From Candidatus Poribacteria bacterium (GTDB taxonomy: Bacteria > Poribacteria > WGA-4E > WGA-3G): a DNA stretch of 64,000 bases. The notes beneath the pieces were generated by a model. That model was not told the DNA's origin. It made no database searches and saw only the letters and a list, made by a program, of their open reading frames with translations. The position numbers were made by a program, and so were the translations under genes. Shown here in pieces: positions 10,115 through 20,535 of the stretch. The stretch is from assembly GCA_965205025.1 (NCBI GenBank), contig CBDBFU010000012.1:393918-457917 (forward strand). The letters run 5' to 3'. How positions within the stretch are numbered: position 1 is the first letter of the stretch; each line of letters starts with the position of its first letter.

Positions 10115-10813
10115 ATGGAGAGTCTTGTGAAAAAACTTTTTGATATGACCCAGAATGAATTCTACGAATTGCTTCAGCGTCTCATTCATGACGATTTCTT
10201 TTACGCACGTGAACGACTCATTAATTTGCTCAACGTAAAACCATTATCAGATAACAAAGCGGAATTGGAAACTGAGTTCCGAGAATTCTTTTGTGGTTAT
10301 GAAAGCATCGCCTTTTGGATTGAAGAATATGAAGACGATCCGCTACAAGGTCTGGAACCGCACACTTCTCTTGCCAAAAAGTTGGAACGTCAACTTGAAT
10401 ATATACACGCCAATAGAAAAACAACCCTTGAAGAACGGATGGGCAGACGGATGGGAGTATACTTAGAAAGCGATCCGATGCCCGAGATAAAGATTTCCGA
10501 ATTGCCATTCAAAGAGTATTGCAAACTTATCCGAACGCTTGTTACACAAGAAATCTTCAACGTGCGCGAAAGAATTGTGGTTTTATTCAAGCAGAACCCT
10601 TCACGCGAACAGTTAGATGAAGCCTTTCGAGAATTCTTTGTTGCTTATGAACTCTTTGAACTTGCATTGGAAGCTTACCACTACGATCCAGATGAAGGAT
10701 TAGAACTAAAACCCGATATTGATGCTGAGATCGACCAAAGTATTGCTGACTACGAGTCTGGCAAAATTAAAGCTATTCCAATTGAGGAAGTGGCGAAAAA
10801 GTTAGGGTTGTAG
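10115..10813 (+). CDS. Antitoxin-like protein made of two tandem ~110-aa repeats
   Basis: Both halves share RER..L, FREFF..YE and DP..GLE; C-terminus DPDEGLELKP...IPIEEVAKKLGL resembles small antitoxins found upstream of RelE genes. Confidence 0.6.
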   Translation: MESLVKKLFDMTQNEFYELLQRLIHDDFFYARERLINLLNVKPLSDNKAELETEFREFFCGYESIAFWIEEYEDDPLQGLEPHTSLAKKLERQLEYIHANRKTTLEERMGRRMGVYLESDPMPEIKISELPFKEYCKLIRTLVTQEIFNVRERIVVLFKQNPSREQLDEAFREFFVAYELFELALEAYHYDPDEGLELKPDIDAEIDQSIADYESGKIKAIPIEEVAKKLGL

Positions 10814-10820
10814 ACTGTAA

Positions 10821-10896
10821 ATGTACCGTTTAGAATTCACGTCAAAGGCTGAGGATGACTTGGCGCGTTATTGGACACCGCAGTAACGTCTATTGA
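10821..10896 (+). pseudogene. RelE/ParE toxin remnant with large internal deletion
   Basis: MYRLEFTSKAEDDLAR (RelE N-terminus) joined out of frame to IGHRSNVY* (RelE C-terminus). Confidence 0.75.
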
Positions 10897-10919
10897 TCTA
10901 TGAAATTGTAAAAAACGCA

Positions 10920-12377
10920 TTATCCTGCTCCAATCAACCTCCGCAACGTCTGAACTAGTGTTCCCTCTGATATCCATTTTGCAGCAATCCGCCAAGTACT
11001 TGTCGAATAAGTAGGATACACATGCATCATCCCAGATAACTTTCTCAACGGTATACCTTGTTGCATTGCCAGAACATACTCGTGGATTACCTCCCCAGCA
11101 TTCGTGCCTACAATGTGTACTCCTAATATCTTCCCTAACCATTTGCTTGTAATTACCTTAGTAAATCCTTTAGTTTCACCATCAGCAACCGCTCTATCAA
11201 CATCGGTTTGAGGTAACAGAAAAACATCAACATCACCATGTTTCTCACGCGCTTCCTCCTCTGTTAACCCACATCGAGCAACTTCTGGATCAGAAAATGT
11301 TGTCCACGGTACAACGGAATAATCTATCTTCTGTGACCAAGGTAATAAGAAATTTCTAACAAGCAATTGTGCTTGATATGCTGCCACATGTGTAAATAAA
11401 TACTCTCCAATGACATCTCCTGCAGCATAGATATTCTTAACATGTGTCTGAAGTTTCCGATTAACCACAATCCTCTTCTTATCAACATGTACACCAATAT
11501 CCTCAAGTTTCAATCCTTCTATATTAGGCAACCGCCCCGCAGCTATCAATATCTTATCAAAAACTTGTATATCATCATTTAATTCGTTTACGGTCTCGGA
11601 ACATTTAAAGGACACAGAAATTTCAGAATCCACTTTTCTCATCTCGGATATAGTACAATTTAGTTTGAATTCAATACCCTCCGCGCTAAGGTATTCCAAT
11701 ATCTTCTCGGAAACATCGAAATCTTCTTTTTTTAAGATGTTACTACTTCTTTGTATGATTGTAACCTGTGATCCTAATCTCTGAAATGCTTGTCCTAACT
11801 CAATGCCAATTGGACCCGCACCAACAACCAACAATCTCTTTGGTAATTCTTCCAAATCCCATACATTTTCACTATCAAGATAATCACATGAATCTAACCC
11901 TGGTATATCAGGAATTAAAGGACGAGATCCTGTGGAAATGACAAATTTCTTACTATGGATCATTCTTGTTGTTCCATTTTCTGAATCTTCAACTACGAAT
12001 GTATTTGGATTTTGAAAATGTCCATTACCAAATACGACTTCAACCCCCATATCGCGAAATCGTTCCGGATTATCATGTTCTTCTTCAATTGTATGTTGTG
12101 CATCTTGGATATATCTCTTCACACTATCCCAATCAATTTCTTGCTCCACACTATCAATACCATAATTCTCTGAATTTTTGAGATAGTTAGCAACCTTCGC
12201 TACCTTTAAGAGCGCTTTAGATGGCACACATCCAGTCCAAAGACAATCCCCACCAATACGATGTTTTTCAATCAGTACTGTTCTTCTACCAAGTTTGACA
12301 CCTGCAATAGCAAGTACAAGTCCAGCACTTCCACCTCCGATGATTGCAATATCAAAGTTTTCCAATGGTGACTCCAA
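10920..12377 (-). CDS. Pyridine nucleotide-disulfide oxidoreductase (dihydrolipoamide dehydrogenase / MerA-like family)
   Basis: GGGSAG, GGDCLWTGCVPSK, GAGPIG, HVYPT; no C-terminal Cys-Cys. Confidence 0.9.
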   Translation of the reverse strand: MESPLENFDIAIIGGGSAGLVLAIAGVKLGRRTVLIEKHRIGGDCLWTGCVPSKALLKVAKVANYLKNSENYGIDSVEQEIDWDSVKRYIQDAQHTIEEEHDNPERFRDMGVEVVFGNGHFQNPNTFVVEDSENGTTRMIHSKKFVISTGSRPLIPDIPGLDSCDYLDSENVWDLEELPKRLLVVGAGPIGIELGQAFQRLGSQVTIIQRSSNILKKEDFDVSEKILEYLSAEGIEFKLNCTISEMRKVDSEISVSFKCSETVNELNDDIQVFDKILIAAGRLPNIEGLKLEDIGVHVDKKRIVVNRKLQTHVKNIYAAGDVIGEYLFTHVAAYQAQLLVRNFLLPWSQKIDYSVVPWTTFSDPEVARCGLTEEEAREKHGDVDVFLLPQTDVDRAVADGETKGFTKVITSKWLGKILGVHIVGTNAGEVIHEYVLAMQQGIPLRKLSGMMHVYPTYSTSTWRIAAKWISEGTLVQTLRRLIGAG

Positions 12378-12395
12378 TACACTTCATATCTGATC

Positions 12396-13937
12396 CTAAT
12401 GTCGTAGTACTTTACCGGGAAGTTTATTAGTTACATTCCCATTTTCAACAACCGGTATACCGTTAACAAAAACCCAATCCACACCTACTGCTGGTTGTAT
12501 AGGATCAAACCAAGTTGAACGATCTGATACAGTTTCAGGATTAAAAATGACGATATCTGCGGCTAAACCTTCTGAGATAATACCACGATCAGATAAACGA
12601 AATCTCTCTGCTGGAAATCCACTCATTTTATAAACAGCTTCTTTCAATGAGACTAACTTTCGTTCACGAACAAACTTACCCAAATACTGGACAAAACAAC
12701 CGTGACTACGGGGATGAGGATGTGGTATATTATAGACTCCATCACTGGCAATCATCATTCTTGGGTGTGTTGCTGTCTGGTTAAGGATAATCTCATTTTC
12801 CTCTGGTGTTGATACCCACGGCATAATGAATGTCTCAATTGCCAATTCATCCTGTATAAAATCATAAGCAAATTCTTCGATCGATTTATTTTCTGATTTC
12901 GCAGATTCAATTAGTGTCTTTCCAATGTATCTCCCAGATCGATTGTACCCAACAATTTGATTACCCTTCCCCAATTTATCTCTTAGGTAGGGTAAGGATT
13001 CTTCTCTTACTGTGTCATTTTCAAGATTTGCTAACATTGCATCGGGTGTACCAGTTTGATATTCCATAGGTAACATCATAGCAAGATGTGTCATACCAGC
13101 AGGATATAAATAAGATTCAAATGTTAAATCAATATCCTCACGATCAATCCTCTCAAGAACTACTGCAGATTCGTCATCAACTCTCTCATGTGAAATATGT
13201 ACGGGTATGTTGGCTTGTCTTGCTATATCTATGGTCTCCTCCCATGCTGCCTTTCTTCCTATGAGTTGATAACGGATATGTGCTGCATAGATTGCATCAT
13301 AACTTGCCGCAATCTTCGATAGATATACCAACTCATTCAAATCAGCATTTGCAGACGGTTGATAGTCAAGACCTAAACATAAACAACATGCCCCTGCCTC
13401 AAGCCACTCGCGTGTAATCCGTTCCATTACTTTTAGTTCATCAGAAGTAGCAGGACGGGGTTCCCATCCCATCGCCGCTAATCTAACTGAACAATGCGGA
13501 ACTTGAGGATACAAATTTGCTGGAATCCGATCCTTAAACATTGATAGATATTCATCAGGAGAATTCCAATTAAGTGCAACTTCATCATCCCCATAAGCAA
13601 ATTGTGTATAATGCCACAGTTCTTCGGCAAGATTCTTTGGTAATGGTGCCCAACCAAAACCATCTGGTGCAGCTAAATGGGTTGTCACACCTTGTCTAAC
13701 TGCAGCATATTGATCACGACCACCGAGTAAGGAGATTTCTGAATGCACATGCACATCAACGAATCCAGGACATACAACGAGTCCATCTGCCGAAATCATA
13801 TTCTTTGATGTAGATGCTTTTAAATCACCTATTACAGCAATCGAATCTCCCATAATACCAATATCTGCAGTAAAAGGCTCATTTTTGCCACTACCATCAA
13901 TTATATTTCCACCTGCAATAATAATATCATAATCCAC
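12396..13937 (-). CDS. N-acyl-D-amino-acid deacylase / amidohydrolase
   Basis: PGFVDVHVHS, ASDG..HPHPR, ADIVIF motifs. Confidence 0.85.
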   Translation of the reverse strand: MDYDIIIAGGNIIDGSGKNEPFTADIGIMGDSIAVIGDLKASTSKNMISADGLVVCPGFVDVHVHSEISLLGGRDQYAAVRQGVTTHLAAPDGFGWAPLPKNLAEELWHYTQFAYGDDEVALNWNSPDEYLSMFKDRIPANLYPQVPHCSVRLAAMGWEPRPATSDELKVMERITREWLEAGACCLCLGLDYQPSANADLNELVYLSKIAASYDAIYAAHIRYQLIGRKAAWEETIDIARQANIPVHISHERVDDESAVVLERIDREDIDLTFESYLYPAGMTHLAMMLPMEYQTGTPDAMLANLENDTVREESLPYLRDKLGKGNQIVGYNRSGRYIGKTLIESAKSENKSIEEFAYDFIQDELAIETFIMPWVSTPEENEIILNQTATHPRMMIASDGVYNIPHPHPRSHGCFVQYLGKFVRERKLVSLKEAVYKMSGFPAERFRLSDRGIISEGLAADIVIFNPETVSDRSTWFDPIQPAVGVDWVFVNGIPVVENGNVTNKLPGKVLRH

Positions 13938-15027
13938 TAATATATCCTTTCTGGTATGAACAAAGTTTCTTATACCTCACCAGGTTCTCTTCAAACTAAA
14001 ATGTATGCTTTATCTTTTACTTCACATATTTATTTCTATCCATATTAAGCAACAATTGTTCTATATCAAAAATAGATACATTTGCTTAAAACTTGTTGCC
14101 ATATAGTCCACTAATTAGAGACCTATCTCACTACGCATTATACCATACCTCTAATCATTTAACTATACCTGTCATATTCTTTGGTGTGTAAATTTTTCCA
14201 TCCTACCATCCTTCCGTCCTTCCATATTAATGACATAACACAAAAAGTAAAACAAAGAATAGAATAACCAAAATAAATGAAAAACATTGAAGAAAACCAA
14301 ACCATAACACAACTAAAGATATAATATTATAGAAATATCCAAAATAATAAACTAACATTAGTAAATAAAATAATGAAATATATCACAATATATTATTTTT
14401 ATCTTGACACATATACCTTATTATGTTACTATATATATCACAGTAAAAGCATAACTAAAATGTTGTTATGAAACTTTCATAACAGTTATGAAAAGGAAAT
14501 CACAATCTGATACACCTACAAACCTATACCAGAACAGGGTTCAGAACACTTCAAACAAGAACAGAGTATGAATTTTTTAAAAAAATTAAAAAACTAACAT
14601 ATTTTGAGGTATATTAACAAACCCTTTCTGGGACTGACTTTAGAGCGGTTTAAAACATGCTGATTAAAAATTGTGTTATGAAAATACTATTATGGTGTAT
14701 CTCATAGAATGAATCGTTATTAACATCTACAAAAAGAAGATAGAGCAATAAATAGGAAGAAAAGAAATGACAATCCAACATTTTCATAAAAATACAATCA
14801 GAAATAGAAAAAATAGCGTATGGCTTCAGGGGTCAGCAAATGCAGAAAAACCAGAAAATAACACAAAAATCAAAATTCTTAAAATTTCAATAAATTACCA
14901 TAAACCCAGTCTACCACAGGGATTAGAGCGTTTTTTCAAAGTTACACCATGTAACGAAAAGTGTAACTTTTTCATTTTACTCTCTTTCATTTTACTAAAG
15001 CGTATCTCATTATTACAGTTCCTCTTC

Positions 15028-15050
15028 GTAGGGACGGGGTCTCCCCGTCC
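15028..15050 (+). repeat. GTAG-type REP palindrome
   Basis: GTAG followed by hairpin GGACGGGG-TCT-CCCCGTCC. Confidence 0.6.
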
Positions 15051-15667
15051 GAATCTTCGTAGAAACGCCATCTCCCCCTTGGTTCAAAATATAGCAAATG
15101 GCAAGAACAACGAATTCTCCAAATATAGGATGTATGAGATAAACTCGAACATCTTGTCAAAATGGATAGACAAGATATTTCACATTCATACGTTCCCAAT
15201 TCAATGGATTAAAAGAAAAGGAAAAGATACCAAAGTGTCACTTTTGCAAATTCTTGTTACCACAAAAAAGTAGCTCTAAACACAGAGTAGTACTGACGGG
15301 ATAGAGGTTTTACCAATGTCACATCCTGTGACAAAAAGTGTAACTTTTTTAAACATATAAACAATACAGTTATTACTATTGTGAATAATTTAAAACGCTA
15401 AATTCTCACAAGAATTACACTTGGTTCAATATACAGGGCAAGGAAAAACTATGATTTCGTGAAATTCATCACAAAACTTTACACACCCCTCTATTTTTTG
15501 GTGGTTTGCATTCACATAGGTGTCATGATATAATCTAATCAGAATTGAATTAATATGGTAATATTTCCTAATAGGTTTACATACATCTACACTAATCCTA
15601 TAAAATTTTGTTCAGAGAACAATAAGAGATTTATATACGGCAAGAAATACAATTTTGGAGAATTAGA

Positions 15668-16855
15668 ATGAAATCCTATCGACAAATCGTTGAGGAAGCA
15701 AAAACAGAGATACCAGAAGTATCAATCGACGAAGTAAAAGACGAACAGGAACAGGACAACGACTTTGTTCTACTTGATGTAAGAGATGAAGATGAATACC
15801 GGGCTGGATATATACCTAATGCGGTTCATGTTACAAGAGGTATGTTAGAATTTTCTGTTGAAAACTATATCCCCGACCGAGATCAGAAGGTTGTCGTATA
15901 CTGTGCTGCGGGACTCCGTTCATTATTAGCAGCGAAATCTCTTCGTGAAATGGGTTATACAGACACTGTTTCTATGGCAGGGGGATATCGTGATTGGTCG
16001 GCAGCTGGTTATCCAACCGACCAAGATAAACCAATGTCTCATGAACAACTTGATCGCTATAGTCGACATTTTATGTTGACCGAAGTCGGTGAGCAAGGTC
16101 AAGCAAAACTACTTGATGCAAAAGTATTAATGGTGGGAGCAGGAGGATTAGGATCACCAGCAGGAGTATATCTCGGTGCTGCTGGAATAGGACAAATGGG
16201 GATAATCGATTCAGATGTAGTTGAATTAAGCAACCTACAAAGACAAATTTTACATAGAACTGAGGCAGTAGGTACACCCAAAGTACAATCTGCAACTACC
16301 ACTATAAAATCTCTTAATCCTGATGTAGAAATTACACCATATAACACTCGTTTAACTGCTGATAATGTTGAAGAGATCTTCTCAGAATATGACCTAATCG
16401 TTGATGGATGCGATAACTTTGCTACACGTTTCCTTGTAAACGATGCTGCCTATTTTATGAAGAAACCGGTTGTACATGGTAGTATTTTTCAGTTTGAAGG
16501 ACAAGTAACCCTCTTAGATCCAAATGAGGGTCCCTGTTACCGTTGTATGTATCCTACGCCACCACCTCCTGGTTTAGTCCCAAGCTGAAGTGAAGCAGGA
16601 GTCCTGGGCGTGCTCCCAGGTATAATCGGCGTGATGATGGCAACAGAAGCAATAAAATATATTCTTGGAATCGGTGAACCCCTAATAGGTAGACTTATTC
16701 TATATGATGCGCTTGGAATGACCTATCGAGAAATGAAGACAGTTAAAGATGAACATTGTCCCTTATGCAGTGATAATCCCGTAATTACACAATTAATTGA
16801 TGATTATGATGCAGCCGCGGAGAATCCAGAAACTTATGCACCTGCTGCGGATTAA
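15668..16855 (+). CDS. moeB: Rhodanese-MoeB/ThiF fusion (molybdopterin-synthase adenylyltransferase family), predicted selenoprotein with Sec307
   Basis: ORFs 15668-16588 and 16610-16855 are in the same frame; readthrough gives PPPPGLVPS-U-SEAGVLGVLPGIIG where homologues have Cys; RYSRH, GAGGLG, SNLQRQ, CYRC and CPLC motifs; rhodanese loop CAAGLRS. Confidence 0.88.
16603..16620 (+). promoter_or_regulatory. Bacterial SECIS-like hairpin
   Basis: CCTGGG-CGTGCT-CCCAGG; 20 nt separate the UGA (16586-88) from the loop; G at loop position 2. Confidence 0.75.
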
Positions 16856-16903
16856 GAATATATCAAACTAAGTATAATTGAACGAAATTATGATAATTGG
16901 GTT

Positions 16904-18226
16904 ATGAATATGATTACACATATTCGAATGAAAAACTTCAAATCCTGGAAAGATAGTGGAAAAATTGATCTTGCTCCACTAACTGGATTCTTTGGCACCA
17001 ATAGTTCTGGTAAGAGTAGTCTGATGCAGATGTTGCTTGTATTAAAACAAACTGCACAGAATTCAAATCCAGATGAAGTTATCTCATTTGGAAATAAGGA
17101 TTCATTCATAAATCTTGGCTCATTCAAAGATGTGATATTTGGTCATTTAAAAGATGAAATTCTTGAATTAGAGTTTGGATGTAAATTACAGAAACCAATT
17201 ATGTTAGATGTATATGATAATCAAGATTTAATGATTAAAATTGAATCCTTCATTTTCAACACTTCAATTTCATCAATATCATCTAATTTACATGTCTCTG
17301 AGCTGATATATACGGTTGAGGTTCCAACCAGTATTATTATTCGTTGGAAGGACAGAGAAATGTTAGTCGAATTTAATTCTCAACAAGAAATAAGTAAGAT
17401 TTATGATACTTCATATGGTGATAGGAATTGCTATGGTAAAACATCTATATTGTATAAGGAATTAAGATTATTCACCGATGCATTTGAAACTACATTTTCT
17501 AATGTTTTCTATCTTGGTCCAACAAGAGTAGAACCACAACGATTCTATCACTGGCAAGGAACACATCCAAAGGATATAAATCAGTGGGGTAATCAGACAA
17601 TCGAAGCACTTCTATCTGCCCGTGTGCGGAAATTGAAAACAAATCAGGATAAAGAGAAAATACCTATTGAAGACAAAATCTCTAATTGGTTACAGGAAAT
17701 GGACCTTGCACATTCTTATTCTCTTGACTTGGTGACTGAAGGTGCTCAAGAGTATGAAGTAAGACTACAAAAAAACTCATTGAGTCCACCGGTAACCCTT
17801 GTTGATATGGGTTACGGTCTTGGTCAATTCCTACCTGTTCTCGTTTTATGTTATTATGCCCCAGAAGGATCAACACTCATACTTGAACAACCTGGTATTC
17901 ACCTACATCCAAGAGTTCAATCACAAGTTGCTGACCTCCTAATAGAAGTTGTCAAAGAACGAAATCTACAAATACTGGTTGAAAGCCATAGCGAACATCT
18001 GTTAAATAGACTACAACGACGCATCGCCGAAGAGAAAATTAGTTCTGAAGAAACCGCACTCTATTTTTGTAGAAACGATGACGGAGAATCAACAATTGAA
18101 CAATTGAAAATAGATGAATTCGGTAATATCTTCAATTGGCCAGACAAATTCTTTGGAGACGAAATGGGAGACCTATTTGCTATGACAGAAGCACAGAATA
18201 AACGTCAGAAAAGATCGGAGAGTTGA
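16904..18226 (+). CDS. ABC/AAA_21-type ATPase with DUF3696-like C-terminus
   Basis: GTNSSGKSS, MGYGLGQ, LILEQPGIHLHP, VESHSEH, IDEFGNIFNWPDKFFGD. Confidence 0.85.
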   Translation: MNMITHIRMKNFKSWKDSGKIDLAPLTGFFGTNSSGKSSLMQMLLVLKQTAQNSNPDEVISFGNKDSFINLGSFKDVIFGHLKDEILELEFGCKLQKPIMLDVYDNQDLMIKIESFIFNTSISSISSNLHVSELIYTVEVPTSIIIRWKDREMLVEFNSQQEISKIYDTSYGDRNCYGKTSILYKELRLFTDAFETTFSNVFYLGPTRVEPQRFYHWQGTHPKDINQWGNQTIEALLSARVRKLKTNQDKEKIPIEDKISNWLQEMDLAHSYSLDLVTEGAQEYEVRLQKNSLSPPVTLVDMGYGLGQFLPVLVLCYYAPEGSTLILEQPGIHLHPRVQSQVADLLIEVVKERNLQILVESHSEHLLNRLQRRIAEEKISSEETALYFCRNDDGESTIEQLKIDEFGNIFNWPDKFFGDEMGDLFAMTEAQNKRQKRSES

Positions 18227-18746
18227 TGGAGGCAGTCATTGTAGATACAAATGTTATCGTATATGCTAATGGTACAGATGACGAAAACCTTCTTGATTGT
18301 GTTAAATCCTGTCAAATTCGACTTAATCAGATTCTCAACAGACCTGAGGTTGTTCTAATTGACGATAATTGGAGAATTCTGCGTGAATATCGAAAAATAC
18401 AAAACCAAACACTAAGAAGGGTATTGGTGATCTTTTTGTAAAAACATTACTTCAAAATCTAACCAATACTAATTTCTGTAGAATTGTTAAAATTACATCA
18501 TTGACCGATAATGGAACAGAATTTAATGAGTTTCCTGATGATCCTGAATTAACTGATTTTGATCCAGATGATAGAAAATTTATCGCTGTTGCTAATGCAT
18601 ACTATACGCAATACCAAGAAACTCCATCAGTACTATTAGCAATAGATAGAGGATGGCTTCATTTTATTCATCCTTTACAAAATTATGGAGTTAAAATTGA
18701 GCTTATATGTGAAGATGATATGCTCCAAATAAAATATACTCCTTAA
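18223..18746 (+). pseudogene. PIN-domain protein, frameshifted in an A-run
   Basis: VIVDTNV N-terminus; one extra A at 18393-18397 restores ...EYRKNTKPNTKKGIGDLFVK...DPDDRKFIAVA through 18746. Confidence 0.75.
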
Positions 18747-18773
18747 ATCAAATTATCACTTTCAAAATATTTA

Positions 18774-19622
18774 ATGCGTACAAAATACCGCATAATTTTC
18801 CTTCTCTCACCAGTAATTTGGTGGCTGCTCTTTTTCTTTTTTCTCCCCTTAACCTATGTAATAATTTATAGTTTCTTAGAACGTGATACTTATGGAGGTA
18901 TCCAGTGGACTTTCACACTCGAAAACTATTTTCGTTCTATTGACGGTCTATACCTTCAAGTACTATGGAGATCAATAAAGACAGGATTCGTATGTACTAT
19001 CGTTTGTCTAATAATTGGATATCCGTTTGCATATTATCTGGCAGTATTTAGACCAAAACATAGAAACATATTACTTCTATTAATTGTAATTCCGTTTTGG
19101 ATTAACTTCCTAATACGCACCTATGCCTGGATTCTCATACTACGAAAAGAAGGTATTTTAAACAGTTTCCTTTCAAATCTTATCCCTGGAATTCAACCAC
19201 TTGAACTACTTAATACACCCATTGCTGTTCAAATCGGTTTAGTCTACACCTATCTTCCCTTTATGATACTTCCTCTTTACGCATCATTAGAACAGATTGA
19301 TTTTTCATTGATAGATGCCGCAATGGATTTAGGGGCTACTCCGCGTAACGCTTTTTGGCATATAACATTCCCCCTTAGTCTACCCGGTATTCTGGCAGGA
19401 TCAATGTTAGTATTTATTCCTACTGTTGGAGCATTTTTGACACCCGATTTACTGGGTGGTGGAAAAGTTAGTTATATCGGGAATGTAATCGAAAGACAAT
19501 TCAAATCTTCACTTGATTATCCATTTGGATCCGCTTTATCTATTTTATTGATGTGTTTTGTCCTTATCGGAATAATCATCTATTTTCGTACGTTAAAAGA
19601 GAACAATAACTTAGGTTATTAG
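18774..19622 (+). CDS. potB: Spermidine/putrescine ABC transporter permease PotB
   Basis: IPFWINFLIRTYAW, LPFMILPLY and EAA-like loop. Confidence 0.85.
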   Translation: MRTKYRIIFLLSPVIWWLLFFFFLPLTYVIIYSFLERDTYGGIQWTFTLENYFRSIDGLYLQVLWRSIKTGFVCTIVCLIIGYPFAYYLAVFRPKHRNILLLLIVIPFWINFLIRTYAWILILRKEGILNSFLSNLIPGIQPLELLNTPIAVQIGLVYTYLPFMILPLYASLEQIDFSLIDAAMDLGATPRNAFWHITFPLSLPGILAGSMLVFIPTVGAFLTPDLLGGGKVSYIGNVIERQFKSSLDYPFGSALSILLMCFVLIGIIIYFRTLKENNNLGY

Positions 19623-19684
19623 TATAATGATACAAGTAATAACAGGATATACTTATTAAATCCTAACAGTTCAACAGTAGTGTT

Positions 19685-20476
19685 TTGAAGATGAAACGTC
19701 TATTTCAACTAAATACCTTAATAGTATTCCTCTTCCTATATTTACCTATATTAGTAGTTGTGATATTCTCTTTCAACAAAGGAGATCAGATAACAATTTG
19801 GGAAGGTTTTTCAATGAGATGGTATTCTTCTCTATTGAAAAACAGGGATGTATGGCGAGCCTGTAAGAATAGTCTAATGATAGCAGGGACTGCAACTATA
19901 GTATCCACAATTATAGGCACAGCAGCAGCAATTGCAATTGAAAAACATAGATTCCGTTTTAAAACACCAGTTAGCAACTCCCTATATCTACCTATAATAA
20001 TACCAGATATTGTCTTAGCAATTGCTTTGTTGACATACTTTTCTCAATTAAAAATACAATTAAACTTATTTACTGTTATAATTGCACATGTTGTTTTTAA
20101 TATAGCCTATGTAACAATTATAGTTAGAGCACGTCTGCAAGGATATGACCAGACAATTGAAGAAGCTGCACTTGACCTTGGTGCCAATGAGTGGCAGACT
20201 TTTTATAGGGTAACACTACCTATTATCTCTCCTGGAATAATTGGTGGTGCACTCCTTGCCTTTACTTTATCTATTGACGATTTTGTCATTACATTCTTCA
20301 CAGCTGGCGTAGGATATACAACTCTTTCTGTATATATCTATAATTCACTAAAATTTGGTATTACACCAGAGATAAACGCTATTTCTACGATGTTGTTATT
20401 CAATTCTATCATATTCATTATTTTGTTCTTATGGTTTCGTACAAAAAACCTATATAATAGATCCGAGAGAGCTTGA
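19685..20476 (+). CDS. potC: Spermidine/putrescine ABC transporter permease PotC
   Basis: FLYLPI, EEAALDLGA, FTLSIDDFVIT, TPEINA. Confidence 0.85.
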   Translation: MKMKRLFQLNTLIVFLFLYLPILVVVIFSFNKGDQITIWEGFSMRWYSSLLKNRDVWRACKNSLMIAGTATIVSTIIGTAAAIAIEKHRFRFKTPVSNSLYLPIIIPDIVLAIALLTYFSQLKIQLNLFTVIIAHVVFNIAYVTIIVRARLQGYDQTIEEAALDLGANEWQTFYRVTLPIISPGIIGGALLAFTLSIDDFVITFFTAGVGYTTLSVYIYNSLKFGITPEINAISTMLLFNSIIFIILFLWFRTKNLYNRSERA

Positions 20477-20535
20477 ATCATCCTAATTAAATGAGAATAT
20501 AACTATTGATTTCCAAATCATAATTTGGATATAAT

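Noticed and set aside
10920-12377. Mercuric reductase MerA
   Set aside because: No C-terminal Cys-Cys, no metal-binding N-terminal domain and no mer operon
13938-15667. Replication origin, or real genes at 14767-15273 and 14987-15199
   Set aside because: No DnaA-box cluster seen; the ORFs run through repeat motifs and show no recognisable protein features
16610-16855. Separate 81-aa gene or nonsense pseudogene of moeB
   Set aside because: In frame with the upstream ORF, TGA sits on a conserved Cys and a SECIS-like hairpin follows; Sec readthrough explains it better
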